64,000 nucleotides of DNA from Luteimonas sp. (GTDB lineage Bacteria; Pseudomonadota; Gammaproteobacteria; Xanthomonadales; Xanthomonadaceae): NCBI GenBank assembly GCA_052108555.1, contig JBQEAV010000009.1:3628-67627 (forward strand), read 5' to 3'. Positions within the stretch are counted from its first letter, which is position 1. Each line of letters begins with the position of its first letter. The notes under the pieces are model-generated. The model saw only the letters and a program-made list of their open reading frames with translations. It was not told where the DNA came from and searched no databases. Of the stretch, positions 1 to 9,707 are shown piece by piece. The position numbers were made by a program, and so were the translations under genes.

Positions 1-23
1 TGCACTCACTTGGAGGAGATGCT

Positions 24-509
24 ATGCCTGCGGCAAAGAAGGTGCAAGATACACATATCTCGGCGGAGCTGAAGTCGCTCCACCTTTCCATGATGCGTCT
101 CGTCAGCGTGATGAACCGCCCGCGCAATGACGAGCGGCTGATCAAGGAGGCCGGCCTCAAGCTGGACCAGGCGCTGTTCCGTCTGCTGGTGGTGATCGAG
201 CGAGTGGGGCCGATCGGGGTGGTGGAACTGGCCGAGCGGCTGGGCCGCGATTACACGACCATCAGCAGGCAGGTCGCCAAGCTGGCGGCGATGGAGCTGG
301 TGACCCGTCAGGGCAACCCGGCGGACCGCCGCATCCGCGAGGCGACCATCGCGCCCAAGGGCAAGGAGATGACAGACCATCTGGACGCCGCACGTGAGCG
401 GATGGGGCGGGATATCTTCGAATCCTGGGCGCCGCAGGAGGTGTCGGATCTGGTGCGATTGATGGCGAAGTTCGCCAGTGCGCTGGAGACCCGTGAAGGG
501 CAGGACTGA
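24..509 (+). CDS. MarR-family transcriptional regulator
   Basis: Winged-HTH pattern (VVELAERLGRDYTTISRQVAKL...NPADRRIREATI); GGAGG SD upstream. Confidence 0.9.
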   Translation: MPAAKKVQDTHISAELKSLHLSMMRLVSVMNRPRNDERLIKEAGLKLDQALFRLLVVIERVGPIGVVELAERLGRDYTTISRQVAKLAAMELVTRQGNPADRRIREATIAPKGKEMTDHLDAARERMGRDIFESWAPQEVSDLVRLMAKFASALETREGQD

Positions 510-757
510 GGGAATCGCCAAGCGTTCAGCGACATAGGCCGACAGGCGTGGACGCTCGCCCCTCAATAGCGTCCCTTCGCGGATCCACCTGCGCATTCGG
601 TCGTGGCCATCGCCAGCAACAGCGCAAGGACGCATGTAGTGCGACGCGGGATCCGACGCGCGGTGCGCGGCCGCCGCGAAAGCACTTCAAGCGCTTGGGA
701 TAACGGTGACGGGTCTCCTTCCCGGAAATCGCTGGCAAGACCTCCGCTCCATACGCA

Positions 758-1840
758 TCAACGCCGCATGCAGCGCTCCCAGCGGTCCTGCACGCGATTG
801 GCGAACCATGCGGTCGTCAGCGTGCGGGTGATCTTGGGACTCTCCAGCACGATGCCCGGCAGCACGGCACGCGGCAGCGGTGTGCCGGCGGCGGCATCGG
901 CGAGGGCGAAGACGCGGGTGTAGAGCGCGGTCTCTTCGAAGTCGAGGGTGGCACCCTGCTCCAGCGCACGGCGGATCTGCGTGTCTGCCATGTCGATGCG
1001 GCCGCCCAGCGCGCGCACGGCGCGTTCGGTGGCGCCGGGCGTGTCGAGATCGGCGCCGGGCAACAGCAGGTCGCCGTCGAGCGCGAGTGCGATGCCGGAG
1101 GCTTCGGTCACCGCGTTCTGGAAGGCGGCGTTGCGGCTGGCGTACCAGCCGGCGTTGAAGTCGGCGAAGCGGTACAGCGGCGTGTCGTAGTTCGCGGGAT
1201 AGCCCAGCAGATGCGTGGTACCGAAATACAGGCCGCCGCGCCGGGTGAACACTTCCTGCCGGATGTCGCGCTCCACGGGATACGGATAGCCGCGTGCGTG
1301 GGTCTGCGCGAAGTCGATGCGGACCTGCATCGGCCCGCCGGTACGCACCGGGTTGTGGTCGGCGAACAGACGACGGCCCAGCGGCACCATGGCGATGAAG
1401 TCTTCGTAGAGTTCGCTCAGATCGCGCTCGGTGCGCACGCGTTCGAGCCGCTGCGCGTACGTGCGGCCGTCGGGCGACTCGAGGCGCAGCGCGGCGTTGA
1501 GCAGAAAGCCCGGCACGTGCAGTGCGGCGGCGCGGCGCTCGATCTCCGCGCGTGCGAGTTTCGGCAGGCCCGGCACCGCGGGATCAGCGGTGTAGGTGCT
1601 CTCCTGTTCGGTCACGGCGAGCACCGCGCACAGGTGTTCGCTGGTGGGCGTGATGTCCTGCGCGGTGAGTGCGACATAGACATCGTTCGCCCAGCCCGCG
1701 CGATCGTCGAGGCTGGCCGGCAGCTTGCGCAGGAGTTCCGCGCGTACGTCATCCGGGCTGCGCTGCATCTGCAGCGGCGCCTGGCTGGCGCAGCCGGCGA
1801 GCAGCGCCAGCGCGATCAGGACGTACAGGATCCGGGTCAT
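758..1840 (-). CDS. DUF1615 (YaiW-like) lipoprotein
   Basis: Lipobox LLAGC; NPVRTGGPMQV and YRFADFNAGWYASRNAAFQ motifs. Confidence 0.85.
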   Translation of the reverse strand: MTRILYVLIALALLAGCASQAPLQMQRSPDDVRAELLRKLPASLDDRAGWANDVYVALTAQDITPTSEHLCAVLAVTEQESTYTADPAVPGLPKLARAEIERRAAALHVPGFLLNAALRLESPDGRTYAQRLERVRTERDLSELYEDFIAMVPLGRRLFADHNPVRTGGPMQVRIDFAQTHARGYPYPVERDIRQEVFTRRGGLYFGTTHLLGYPANYDTPLYRFADFNAGWYASRNAAFQNAVTEASGIALALDGDLLLPGADLDTPGATERAVRALGGRIDMADTQIRRALEQGATLDFEETALYTRVFALADAAAGTPLPRAVLPGIVLESPKITRTLTTAWFANRVQDRWERCMRR

Positions 1841-1964
1841 GGCAGGCGCACTGCAGCGAACGGTGCGGCATCGTGCCAGATGCGCTGCGAAGGCATCGGC
1901 GCGATGACTGCCGCAGAAGAGGCGAACACAAGCATCAGGCGCGCGTGCGATGCGCTTGGATACG

Positions 1965-2696
1965 TCAGTGCTTCGGCGTTGCGCCCAAGCGCTCGCGGAT
2001 CCATTCGTAGTCGCGGCGCACGGGCGCGGCGAGGACCGAGGGATCGCCGTCGTAGAGATAACTGGCGACGGTGGCGCCGGTGTCGTCGGTGGCGCGCGGG
2101 TCGGCGCCGGCTTCCATGAAGCGCTTCACCGACGGAATGTCGTTGACGAGCGCGGCCTGGTGCAGCGGGGTGGTGCCGCTGCGGTCGCGCACGTCGAGCT
2201 TCGCGCCGGCGGCGAGCAGGCGGTCGATGTTCTTCTGCTCGCGCGAGCGCAGCGCTTCGTACAGCGCGGTCTGGCCGTTGCGGGTGTTGGGGACGTCGAC
2301 GGCGACGCCGTGTTCGAGCAGCAGTTCGATCCAGTTGTCGTGCTTGGCCAGCGCGGCTTCGTGCAGCGCGGTGCGGCCCTTGGCATCGCCGCGCGTGGGG
2401 TCGGCGCCGAGTTCGAGCAGCAGGCGCACAGCGTCGCGGTCGCCCTGGCGGATCAGCCAGTTCAGGGCGGGCGTGCCGTCCTCGGCGGCGGCATCGGCAT
2501 TGGCGCCGGCGGCCAGCAGTTCGCGGGCCAGTGCGGTGTTGCCGTCGCGCACGGCGGCAACGAACTGCGCCTGTGCGGGATTGTCGAACGAGCGCGCGTC
2601 CGTGGTCATGGATTCGTGTCCTTGCGTGCATCCGGAGGCCGCCAGCAGCAATGTGGCCAGCAGCAGATGCGGAAGCGGGAATGGGCGGCGGGTCAT
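1965..2696 (-). CDS. Ankyrin-repeat lipoprotein, probable phospholipase inhibitor/immunity protein (PhlB-like)
   Basis: Signal peptide ending LAASGC; repeated GxTALHxA ankyrin motifs; directly downstream of the lipase gene. Confidence 0.85.
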   Translation of the reverse strand: MTRRPFPLPHLLLATLLLAASGCTQGHESMTTDARSFDNPAQAQFVAAVRDGNTALARELLAAGANADAAAEDGTPALNWLIRQGDRDAVRLLLELGADPTRGDAKGRTALHEAALAKHDNWIELLLEHGVAVDVPNTRNGQTALYEALRSREQKNIDRLLAAGAKLDVRDRSGTTPLHQAALVNDIPSVKRFMEAGADPRATDDTGATVASYLYDGDPSVLAAPVRRDYEWIRERLGATPKH

Positions 2697-2798
2697 GGCG
2701 CGCAGCATGCCGCAGCGCGCGTTAAGACGCGCGCATGTGGATCAACCGGATGCATCCGGTGATCCACTTCGCCGTGGGCTGCATGACCCTGCGCGGGC

Positions 2799-4544
2799 TC
2801 ACTTGAAGGGGTTGAGGAAGTCGACGACCTTGCCGGCGCCATCGGCCACGCCACGACCGAAGTCGCGGGCGCCTTCGGCGACGTTCTGCGCGACATCACC
2901 GGCAAAGTCGCTCACGTTCTGGGCCACGTCACCGGCGAAATCGGACACGGCTTCCACGCCGTCACCGAGCTTGTCGGTGGCCACGTCGATCACGTTGCCA
3001 AGGCCGTCGGCCACGTCGCTGACCACGGCGCCGGTGCCTTCAACGAAACCGGCGACCGCATCGGCCGGGGCTTCGAGACCGCTGATGCGGCCGAGGTCAC
3101 GGACGAAGCCGCCGGTGGCATTGGTGGTGTTCTGCACGGTGTCGCCGACCAGGCGCACGCCGCCGTCGAGGACATCGCCGATGGTGTCGATGCCGGCATC
3201 GGCCACGTCACCGAGCAGGCCATAGGTGGCGGCGACGCCATTGCCCTGCGAGACGTCATGGATGAAATCGCCGGCGCCGGTCTTCAGTTCCGAGAAGGTG
3301 CTGCCCAGGTCACTGCCCAGATCGACGACTTCGCGGATGCCGGAGGCCAAGGTGTTGAACTGCAGATCGCCCACGGCTTCGGCGCCGGCGACGAGGGTGT
3401 CGGTGCCGAATGCGGTGGTGGCGCCGACCACGTTGCCCAGCGCATCGCTGCCGTGGTCGACCAGGGTGCTGGCGCCGTTGAGCAGGCTGCCGACCACCCA
3501 GCTCTGCGGCGTGGCGCCGGGGCCGTTGCGCATGGCGTCGCCGAGCGTGTCCAGTCCCGTGGCGACGCCGTCGCCGAGGGTGTCGATGCCGGTGTCCACC
3601 AGCCCGCCGAGCCTGTCGCCACCGCTCGGGCCGCGTGCGGGATCAGTCGGCGAGGCGTGGTTGAAGGCTTCGACGTAGACGGCATCGGGGCCGCCGCCGC
3701 CATGCAGATCGCCGAAACCGGTGCCCGGCGGCGGATCGATGCGCAGCGCGTAACCCACCGCGTCCGGCGGCGAGCCGACGATCGGCAGCAGCGGGATGTC
3801 TTCCTGCGCGCCGGTGAGCTGGTCGCCGTTGACGGCGTAGCGACGTACCTGGCCGCTGTCGGCGACGCTGTCGCGGATGGCGTTGGGGCTGAAGCCCAGG
3901 CTCTCGAGGGTTTCGTTGCTCAGGCCGGAGCTGTTGAAGGTGACGGCCGAGGCGCCGGTGGCGAGCGAGGCCGCCGAGGCCAGGCCACCGCCGAGCGAGT
4001 GCCCGGTCAGCGCGACGTTGCCGTCGCCGAAGACCTGCTCGGCGCGTTTGGCCAGCTCGATGGCGCTGCTGTACTGCTCGGAATCCAGGCCGACGCCCTG
4101 CTGGCCGTTGTTGACCCAGTCCATGATCTCGCTGCGCTGGCTGCCGAGTTCCGAGCCGCGATAGGCGACGACGTAGCCGCCGTCCTCGTGCTGGTAGATG
4201 TCGGCGCTGAAACCGGAGCGGTCGTCGCTGAGCAGCGCCGGGTCGAGCGGAATGCGGTTGCCGTGCTGGTCGGTGAGGCTGACGCCATCGGCATGCGGGG
4301 TGAGCGCGGTCCAGCCGGCATCGGCGAGCGCCTGCTGGTATTCCGGGCTGTCCGGCGCGTAGGCGCCGTTGGCCATCATCGCGAAGAGCTGGTCGCGCGC
4401 GTCCGGTGCGGTGCCCTGGATACTGTCGCTCAGGCCGTGGTTGCCGGCGCGGTAGTCAGTGGCGACCGGCGGCGGTGGCGGCGCGGACTGCTGCGGCAGG
4501 CTGTAGACGCGGCCGGTATCGGCGAGGGCAATGGCGGGTGCCAT
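2799..4544 (-). CDS. PhlA/YplA-like phospholipase A1 with a long Gly/Asp/Val-rich C-terminal extension
   Basis: GHSLGGGLA nucleophile elbow; SGFSADIY, YVVAYRGS, AVTFNSSG and RRY blocks typical of this family. Confidence 0.8.
   Translation of the reverse strand: MAPAIALADTGRVYSLPQQSAPPPPPVATDYRAGNHGLSDSIQGTAPDARDQLFAMMANGAYAPDSPEYQQALADAGWTALTPHADGVSLTDQHGNRIPLDPALLSDDRSGFSADIYQHEDGGYVVAYRGSELGSQRSEIMDWVNNGQQGVGLDSEQYSSAIELAKRAEQVFGDGNVALTGHSLGGGLASAASLATGASAVTFNSSGLSNETLESLGFSPNAIRDSVADSGQVRRYAVNGDQLTGAQEDIPLLPIVGSPPDAVGYALRIDPPPGTGFGDLHGGGGPDAVYVEAFNHASPTDPARGPSGGDRLGGLVDTGIDTLGDGVATGLDTLGDAMRNGPGATPQSWVVGSLLNGASTLVDHGSDALGNVVGATTAFGTDTLVAGAEAVGDLQFNTLASGIREVVDLGSDLGSTFSELKTGAGDFIHDVSQGNGVAATYGLLGDVADAGIDTIGDVLDGGVRLVGDTVQNTTNATGGFVRDLGRISGLEAPADAVAGFVEGTGAVVSDVADGLGNVIDVATDKLGDGVEAVSDFAGDVAQNVSDFAGDVAQNVAEGARDFGRGVADGAGKVVDFLNPFK
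2881..2946 (-). repeat. In-frame 33-bp tandem duplication encoding VSDFAGDVAQN x2
   Basis: Identical 11-aa units with synonymous DNA differences. Confidence 0.8.
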
Positions 4545-4693
4545 GGTGGGTCCATCCGCAGGGAGTCAGCCGTGACAGTAGTGGTGGGGCCGCGGGCGGA
4601 ACACTCGGGGTGACCCTAGTGGGCGGAACGCGGGGCCGGGGTGAGCGCGCGGGCGAAGGGGCATTCGCAGCGCCGTCGTGTCGACCGCCTGCC

Positions 4694-5083
4694 TCAACCC
4701 CGCGCGCTGGTGATCGTGGCGCCTTCGCGCATGACCAGCGTGACCGGCGTGCGGGTGACGACCTCGAGCAGGCGCGCCCACTGGGCGTCGTCCAGCGGAC
4801 CGGTCGCATGCAGGGTGCGGTGGACCTGCAGGCGTCCGTCGGCATCCCGGCCGGAGGCAAGATCGGCGCTGAAGGTGCCGAGGTCCCAACCCTTCTTCGC
4901 GGCGTACATGCGCAGGGTGATCGCGGTGCAGGCGGCGAGCGAGGCGAGGTAGAGATCGAACGGGGCCATGCCCGCGTCCTGTCCACCCAGCGTTGTAGGT
5001 TCGTCGGCCGTCAGCGCATGCCGGCCGCTGGTGATGCGGTGGGCGTGGTCGACGCCTTCGGAAACGATCTGGACCTGTGCCAT
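4694..5083 (-). CDS. OsmC/YhfA-family protein
   Basis: ADEP..GGQDAG.AP.DL.LASLAACTAITLRMYA motif. Confidence 0.85.
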   Translation of the reverse strand: MAQVQIVSEGVDHAHRITSGRHALTADEPTTLGGQDAGMAPFDLYLASLAACTAITLRMYAAKKGWDLGTFSADLASGRDADGRLQVHRTLHATGPLDDAQWARLLEVVTRTPVTLVMREGATITSARG

Positions 5084-5149
5084 CGGATGCCTGCCGGGCT
5101 GGGGAAACCGCATCTTCGGGCACGCCGCGCGCGGACGACAGCCCCCGGC

Positions 5150-6019
5150 TCAGCGATACGGTCCCGGCCCGCGCCACACCACCTCGCCGCGGCGGTAGAC
5201 GCGGTGGAAGCCGATGACTTCGCGGGCGTCGCCGATCTTCGCCATCTCGGGATCTTCGGGCGACAGCATGCGGCAGTCGCTGGACTCGCGGCGGATGGCG
5301 GTTTCCAGCGGGCAGACCATGTAGTCGCGGGTGCCCGGCAACGGGATGAAGAGTTCGGTGACGCCTTCGTCGCGCCACTGGCGCAGGCGGGTCTCGCTGG
5401 TGGTGTCGTAGACGACCTGGTAGCCGCCGGCTTCCATGCTGGGCTGGTCGGACGTCGAATCGTTGCCGCGGCCGCGGCCAATGCGCGGGCTGCGATCGGT
5501 GCCCGACGCGATGGGCGCGGTGCTCTCGGGCAGCATGCCGGGCGGCTGGCCCCAGGTGTGGTTGCGCCGGCGATCGGTATTGGGACTGGCGGCGGCCTGC
5601 GACTGCACGGGTTGCGGCGGCGTCGGCGTGGCCTGCGGCGCGGGACGCGGCGGACGCACGTCGGTCAGCGCTTCGGCAGGCGGCGTTTCATCGGGCGGCA
5701 GCGGTTCAGCGGGGTCTTCGACACGCGTGGTCTGCACGCGCGACGGTGCAGGCGCGGCCTGTGCGGGCGGCGTCGCGGGCGGTGGACTCGGAATGGGTGA
5801 GGTCACCGGCTGCGGCGGGGTGATGCCGACGTACTGCACGGCCATCGGGCTGCCGGCCGACGATCCCTGCGGCGTCTTGAAAACGATCGGCTGGGAAGTC
5901 AGCAACAGGTATGCGAACAGCACATGCAGCACGGCGCTGACCAGCGCGGACAACCACGGCTGCAGGCGTTCGATACGGGACGGCGCCCGACCCTCCGGAC
6001 GGCGGAACGCCTTGCTCAT
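5150..6019 (-). CDS. Membrane-anchored Pro-rich protein with TonB/TolA-like architecture
   Basis: N-terminal TM with SAVLH, Pro/Ala-rich linker, globular C-terminus; start uncertain. Confidence 0.6.
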   Translation of the reverse strand: MSKAFRRPEGRAPSRIERLQPWLSALVSAVLHVLFAYLLLTSQPIVFKTPQGSSAGSPMAVQYVGITPPQPVTSPIPSPPPATPPAQAAPAPSRVQTTRVEDPAEPLPPDETPPAEALTDVRPPRPAPQATPTPPQPVQSQAAASPNTDRRRNHTWGQPPGMLPESTAPIASGTDRSPRIGRGRGNDSTSDQPSMEAGGYQVVYDTTSETRLRQWRDEGVTELFIPLPGTRDYMVCPLETAIRRESSDCRMLSPEDPEMAKIGDAREVIGFHRVYRRGEVVWRGPGPYR

Positions 6020-6175
6020 GCCGCCTGCAATGCGTCGGAGGTGCGGGCCTTCATGCGGAATCTGGAGGTGCGGCGTGGGGACCGGCATCGTAACGCGGCC
6101 GCACCCGCCCGCACCCGCGCCCGCCGCACGTCGGCAGGTCGACGTGCAGGTTCGCGCGGCGACGCCGCGCGCGAT

Positions 6176-6751
6176 TCAGTCCGTGGCTATGGCCGTCCCC
6201 GGCACGACGACCGCGCGCTCGAACACGTCGACCCAATGGTCGATACGCGCGGCGTCCGCAGCGGGTGGCAATTCGATCTCCGCCGAATGCACGGCGGCCT
6301 GGCCATCCACGGCCAGGCCCACGATCGCGCCGTCGCCGGCCTGCCCGGTGGCGAGCACGTAGACGAGGTGTTCGCGGCCATCGCGGGGCGTGTCGTGGCG
6401 CACATCCAACCGCAGGCCCGGCGCATGCGTCGCGAGCAGGGCGTGGCTGCGCTGCGGCAGTTCGCGCGTGGGAAACGGTGCCAGCGCCCGGTCGAACGCG
6501 GCCACCGCGACCGATTCGGCCGACATGCGCCCCGGCTGCGCGGTCGCAGGCCGGTACGTCCAGGCTGCGGTGTCGCCGTCTTCCTCGAAGGCGATCCGCC
6601 AGGCCGCGGCGTCCAGCGGCAGATGCAGGTGCTCGCGCGTGGCGCCAGGCATGGGATCGGCGGCCACTGCCATCGACGGAGTCGACAGGCAGGCCAGCGA
6701 GGACAGCGCAAGGCCGACGAGACGGTGCGGGCGAACGGGGCGGACAGGCAT
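6176..6751 (-). CDS. Hypothetical secreted protein
   Basis: Signal-peptide-like N-terminus; normal amino-acid composition. Confidence 0.5.
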   Translation of the reverse strand: MPVRPVRPHRLVGLALSSLACLSTPSMAVAADPMPGATREHLHLPLDAAAWRIAFEEDGDTAAWTYRPATAQPGRMSAESVAVAAFDRALAPFPTRELPQRSHALLATHAPGLRLDVRHDTPRDGREHLVYVLATGQAGDGAIVGLAVDGQAAVHSAEIELPPAADAARIDHWVDVFERAVVVPGTAIATD

Positions 6752-6911
6752 GCGCCGAGGGTAGCAAGGCAATGGCGCCCGGGAACGGCACGGCGACGCG
6801 GGTGCGATCGGCATCGTGGCGGCCCTGGCCAGGCGCAGCGCAGCCAAGCCGCCGATGCATACGAACGGGCCGGTGCCTGGCTGGCACCGGCCCGTGGTCA
6901 TGCGTGGCGCT

Positions 6912-7343
6912 TCAGTCCTTCAGATCGTCCGGCACCTTGCCGCCGTTCTCGGCCAGCTTGCGCATCACCGCCTTGTGCAGGGCGAGGTTCTGCTCGGCGC
7001 TGCCGTGGGCGCCCGCGTTGACGTCGAGTTCCGCGGCGAGTTCCTTGCGGGCCTCGAGGTTGGAATCGAGATCGAGCAGCTTCAGCAGGTCGACGATCGA
7101 ACGACGCCAGTCGCTGGCACCGCCCTTCTCTGCCGCCAGGGCGGTCAGCACCGCCTCGACATCGACCGGCGCGGCCGGCTGCACGGGCGTGGCGGGCGCC
7201 GGGTTGTGCGACGGCGGCGATACCTTGGGGTCGGTCTCGCTGCCGGTGAAGACCACTACCTCGGGCTTGGCGGCTGCGGGAGGCGATGCCGGTGCGGTTT
7301 TGCGGCCGAAGACACGATCGGCGATCTTGGAAAACAGGCCCAT
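6912..7343 (-). CDS. DUF3597 domain protein
   Basis: WRRSIVDLLKLLDLDSNLEARKELA...GGKVPDDL. Confidence 0.9.
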   Translation of the reverse strand: MGLFSKIADRVFGRKTAPASPPAAAKPEVVVFTGSETDPKVSPPSHNPAPATPVQPAAPVDVEAVLTALAAEKGGASDWRRSIVDLLKLLDLDSNLEARKELAAELDVNAGAHGSAEQNLALHKAVMRKLAENGGKVPDDLKD

Positions 7344-7526
7344 GCAGGTCACTCCGTGAAGGGAATGCCGAGTGTGTGCCTGCGATTGCAAAGATCAAAT
7401 GAAGGGCACGTGCCGCTGCGATGACCTCTCGCCATTGCAGTTGCATGCCGCACCACGCTGGGGCACGGTGCTGACGCTTCGCCAGCGCCGCACGCGCGGG
7501 CGTTCTTCATCGAAAGGGAGAGGCGG

Positions 7527-7832
7527 ATGGCCCTGGTGCACTGCGAGGAATGCCGACGCGAGATCAGCGACCGGGCAATCGCCTGCCCGCAATGCGGCTG
7601 CCCGCGGCGGCGCGTCGCGCCGATGTCGCGCGGGATCAAGCTGCTGCTGGGCGCGTGCGTGCTGGTGCTTGTCGCGATGTTCGCGGCCGGCATCCTCTTC
7701 GCGTGGCTCGCGCCGAAGGCGTCATACCCGATCGACATAGAACTGCCGCAGCGGAGCGTGCCTTCGACGTCGCTGCATACAGGTTGCAGCGCCCACGCTG
7801 CGTGCGCGGCGGCGCGTGGCGCGTCCGCCTAG
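7527..7832 (+). CDS. Zinc-ribbon membrane protein
   Basis: CEECRREISDRAIACPQCG followed by a TM helix; good SD. Confidence 0.7.
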   Translation: MALVHCEECRREISDRAIACPQCGCPRRRVAPMSRGIKLLLGACVLVLVAMFAAGILFAWLAPKASYPIDIELPQRSVPSTSLHTGCSAHAACAAARGASA

Positions 7833-8590
7833 ACCTGCGCCACCACGAACAGCCGTGGAAACGGCAGCAGCACGGTCCCGTCGTCCTGCGCGGGCATCTC
7901 GCGCGCGATGCCGTCGAGGTAGGCATCGAGAAACTCGCTGCGCTCGGCGGCGTCCAGTGGCGCGAGATAGGGGCCGAGCGCGGAGCCTTTGAACCATTCG
8001 ACGACGGCGGCGTGCCCGGCCAGCGGGTGGAAGTAGGTCGTGCGCCAGATGTCGACGCGGCTGCACAGCGGCGTCAGCAGCGCGTGGTACCAGGCGGCGG
8101 GATGACGGGCGGGATGCTGCACGTGGCCGATGCGCCCGGACCAGCGCGGCGACGCGGCAAGCGCCTGGGCCACGCGATGCGGCGGTTCGGCGAGATTGTC
8201 CGGCGTCTGCACCGCCAGACAGCCACCGGCGGCCAGCTGCGCCAGCAACTGCGGGTACAGCTGTGCGTGATCGGGCAGCCACTGCAACGAGGCATTGGCG
8301 AGGATCACATCGACCGGACGTTCGGCACGCCAGCTGGCGATGTCGGCGACTTCGAACGCGACCTCCGGCAGGCGTTCGCGCGCGGCGCGGATCATGTCGT
8401 CGGCGCTGTCGATGCCAATGATTTCCGCATCCCGATAGCGCGCGGCCAGCACCTGCGTGGAATTGCCCGGCCCGCAGCCCAGGTCGACCACGCGCGCGGC
8501 GGTGTCGCGCGGAATGGCGGCGACCAGATCGCGCGCGGGACGTGTGCGTTCGTCTTCGAACCGGCTGTACTGCGTGGCGGACCAGGACAT
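7829..8590 (-). CDS. tam: Trans-aconitate 2-methyltransferase
   Basis: W..TQY.RFEDERTRPARDL; VDLGCGPGNST; PFPRLFVVA. Confidence 0.92.
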   Translation of the reverse strand: MSWSATQYSRFEDERTRPARDLVAAIPRDTAARVVDLGCGPGNSTQVLAARYRDAEIIGIDSADDMIRAARERLPEVAFEVADIASWRAERPVDVILANASLQWLPDHAQLYPQLLAQLAAGGCLAVQTPDNLAEPPHRVAQALAASPRWSGRIGHVQHPARHPAAWYHALLTPLCSRVDIWRTTYFHPLAGHAAVVEWFKGSALGPYLAPLDAAERSEFLDAYLDGIAREMPAQDDGTVLLPFPRLFVVAQV

Positions 8591-8677
8591 GCGATGCCTC
8601 CTCGGAGGCGTCGATCGTACGGCGCATGCCGGCGACGGCACGTGCGCACGGGCGACGTCCGGATTATCGTCCATGCC

Positions 8678-9229
8678 ATGACGACGCGCCGACCCCCGAT
8701 CCGGTGCACGGCGCGGCTGTCTCGGCCGGCTGCGCCGAAAGCTGCGACGTGGACCTTCCTCGTACTGCCGGCATCCGCCAGCGCGCGCCTGCCGACGCGC
8801 GGCATGGTCAGCGTCGAGGGCACGCTCGCAGGACATCCGTTCCGGGCGACGCTGTCGCCCGATGGCGCCGGCAGCCACTGGTTCAAGGTGGCGCGCGCGT
8901 TGCGTGAAGCGGCCGGTGCCGAACCCGGCGATGTCATCGAACTCGTGCTGTCGCCGATGGCCCGGGAGCCCGAGCCGACGGTACCGGCCGATGTCCGCCG
9001 GGCACTGGTCGAGCATCCGGCGGCGAAAGCGCAATGGGCGACGCTGACAGCGGTGCAGCGCCGCGACTGGATCCACTGGATCACGTCCGGCAAGCAGGCG
9101 CACACGCGGACGAAACGACTGGCGACTGCGTGCGACATGCTGGGGTCCGGCAAGCGGCGTGCGTGCTGCTTCGATCGCTCGGGCCTCTACAGCAAGGGCA
9201 ACATGGGCGCGCCCGAAGCCGCGGATTGA
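8678..9229 (+). CDS. DUF1905 / YdeI-OmpD-associated family protein
   Basis: LPTRGMVSVEGT, PDGAGSHW, RDWIHWITSGKQ. Confidence 0.85.
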   Translation: MTTRRPPIRCTARLSRPAAPKAATWTFLVLPASASARLPTRGMVSVEGTLAGHPFRATLSPDGAGSHWFKVARALREAAGAEPGDVIELVLSPMAREPEPTVPADVRRALVEHPAAKAQWATLTAVQRRDWIHWITSGKQAHTRTKRLATACDMLGSGKRRACCFDRSGLYSKGNMGAPEAAD

Positions 9230-9314
9230 GGCCGCTGACCCCGTTCCGTGGCGCGGCGTCACGCGCCTGGCGCGATGATGGCTCGACCGACTCCCGTTCC
9301 CCACGCGCGCATCC

Positions 9315-9707
9315 ATGTCCCGGACACTGATACTCGACGGCACCCGCATCCACGACATCGCTTCGTTCTACGACGAGATCAACCGGCTGTTCATGGCCGA
9401 TGTCGACTGGCAGCTGGGGCACAGCCTCGACGCGCTCGACGACATGCTCTACGGCGGCTTCGGCGCGATTGATGGCGATGCGCAGGTGACGCTGGTCTGG
9501 ACGGCGTTCGCGCAGAGCCGCGACGCGCTCGGCATCGACGCCACCCGCGCCTGGCTGCAGGACAAGCTCGACGCGCCCGGGCGCTACGACAAGGCGCGCA
9601 TCCGGCGCGACCTCGATGCACTCGAAGCCGGCAGCGGACCGACGTTCTTCGACCTGGTGCTGGAGATCGTCGCGGCCCATCCGAACATCACGCTCGAGCC
9701 GCGCTGA
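9315..9707 (+). CDS. Barstar-family protein
   Basis: LDG..I.D...FYDEI; GHSLDALDDML. Confidence 0.85.
   Translation: MSRTLILDGTRIHDIASFYDEINRLFMADVDWQLGHSLDALDDMLYGGFGAIDGDAQVTLVWTAFAQSRDALGIDATRAWLQDKLDAPGRYDKARIRRDLDALEAGSGPTFFDLVLEIVAAHPNITLEPR

Noticed and set aside
510-757. Intergenic stretch after MarR as a possible ncRNA or att site
   Set aside because: No tRNA fragment, repeat or convincing stem found.
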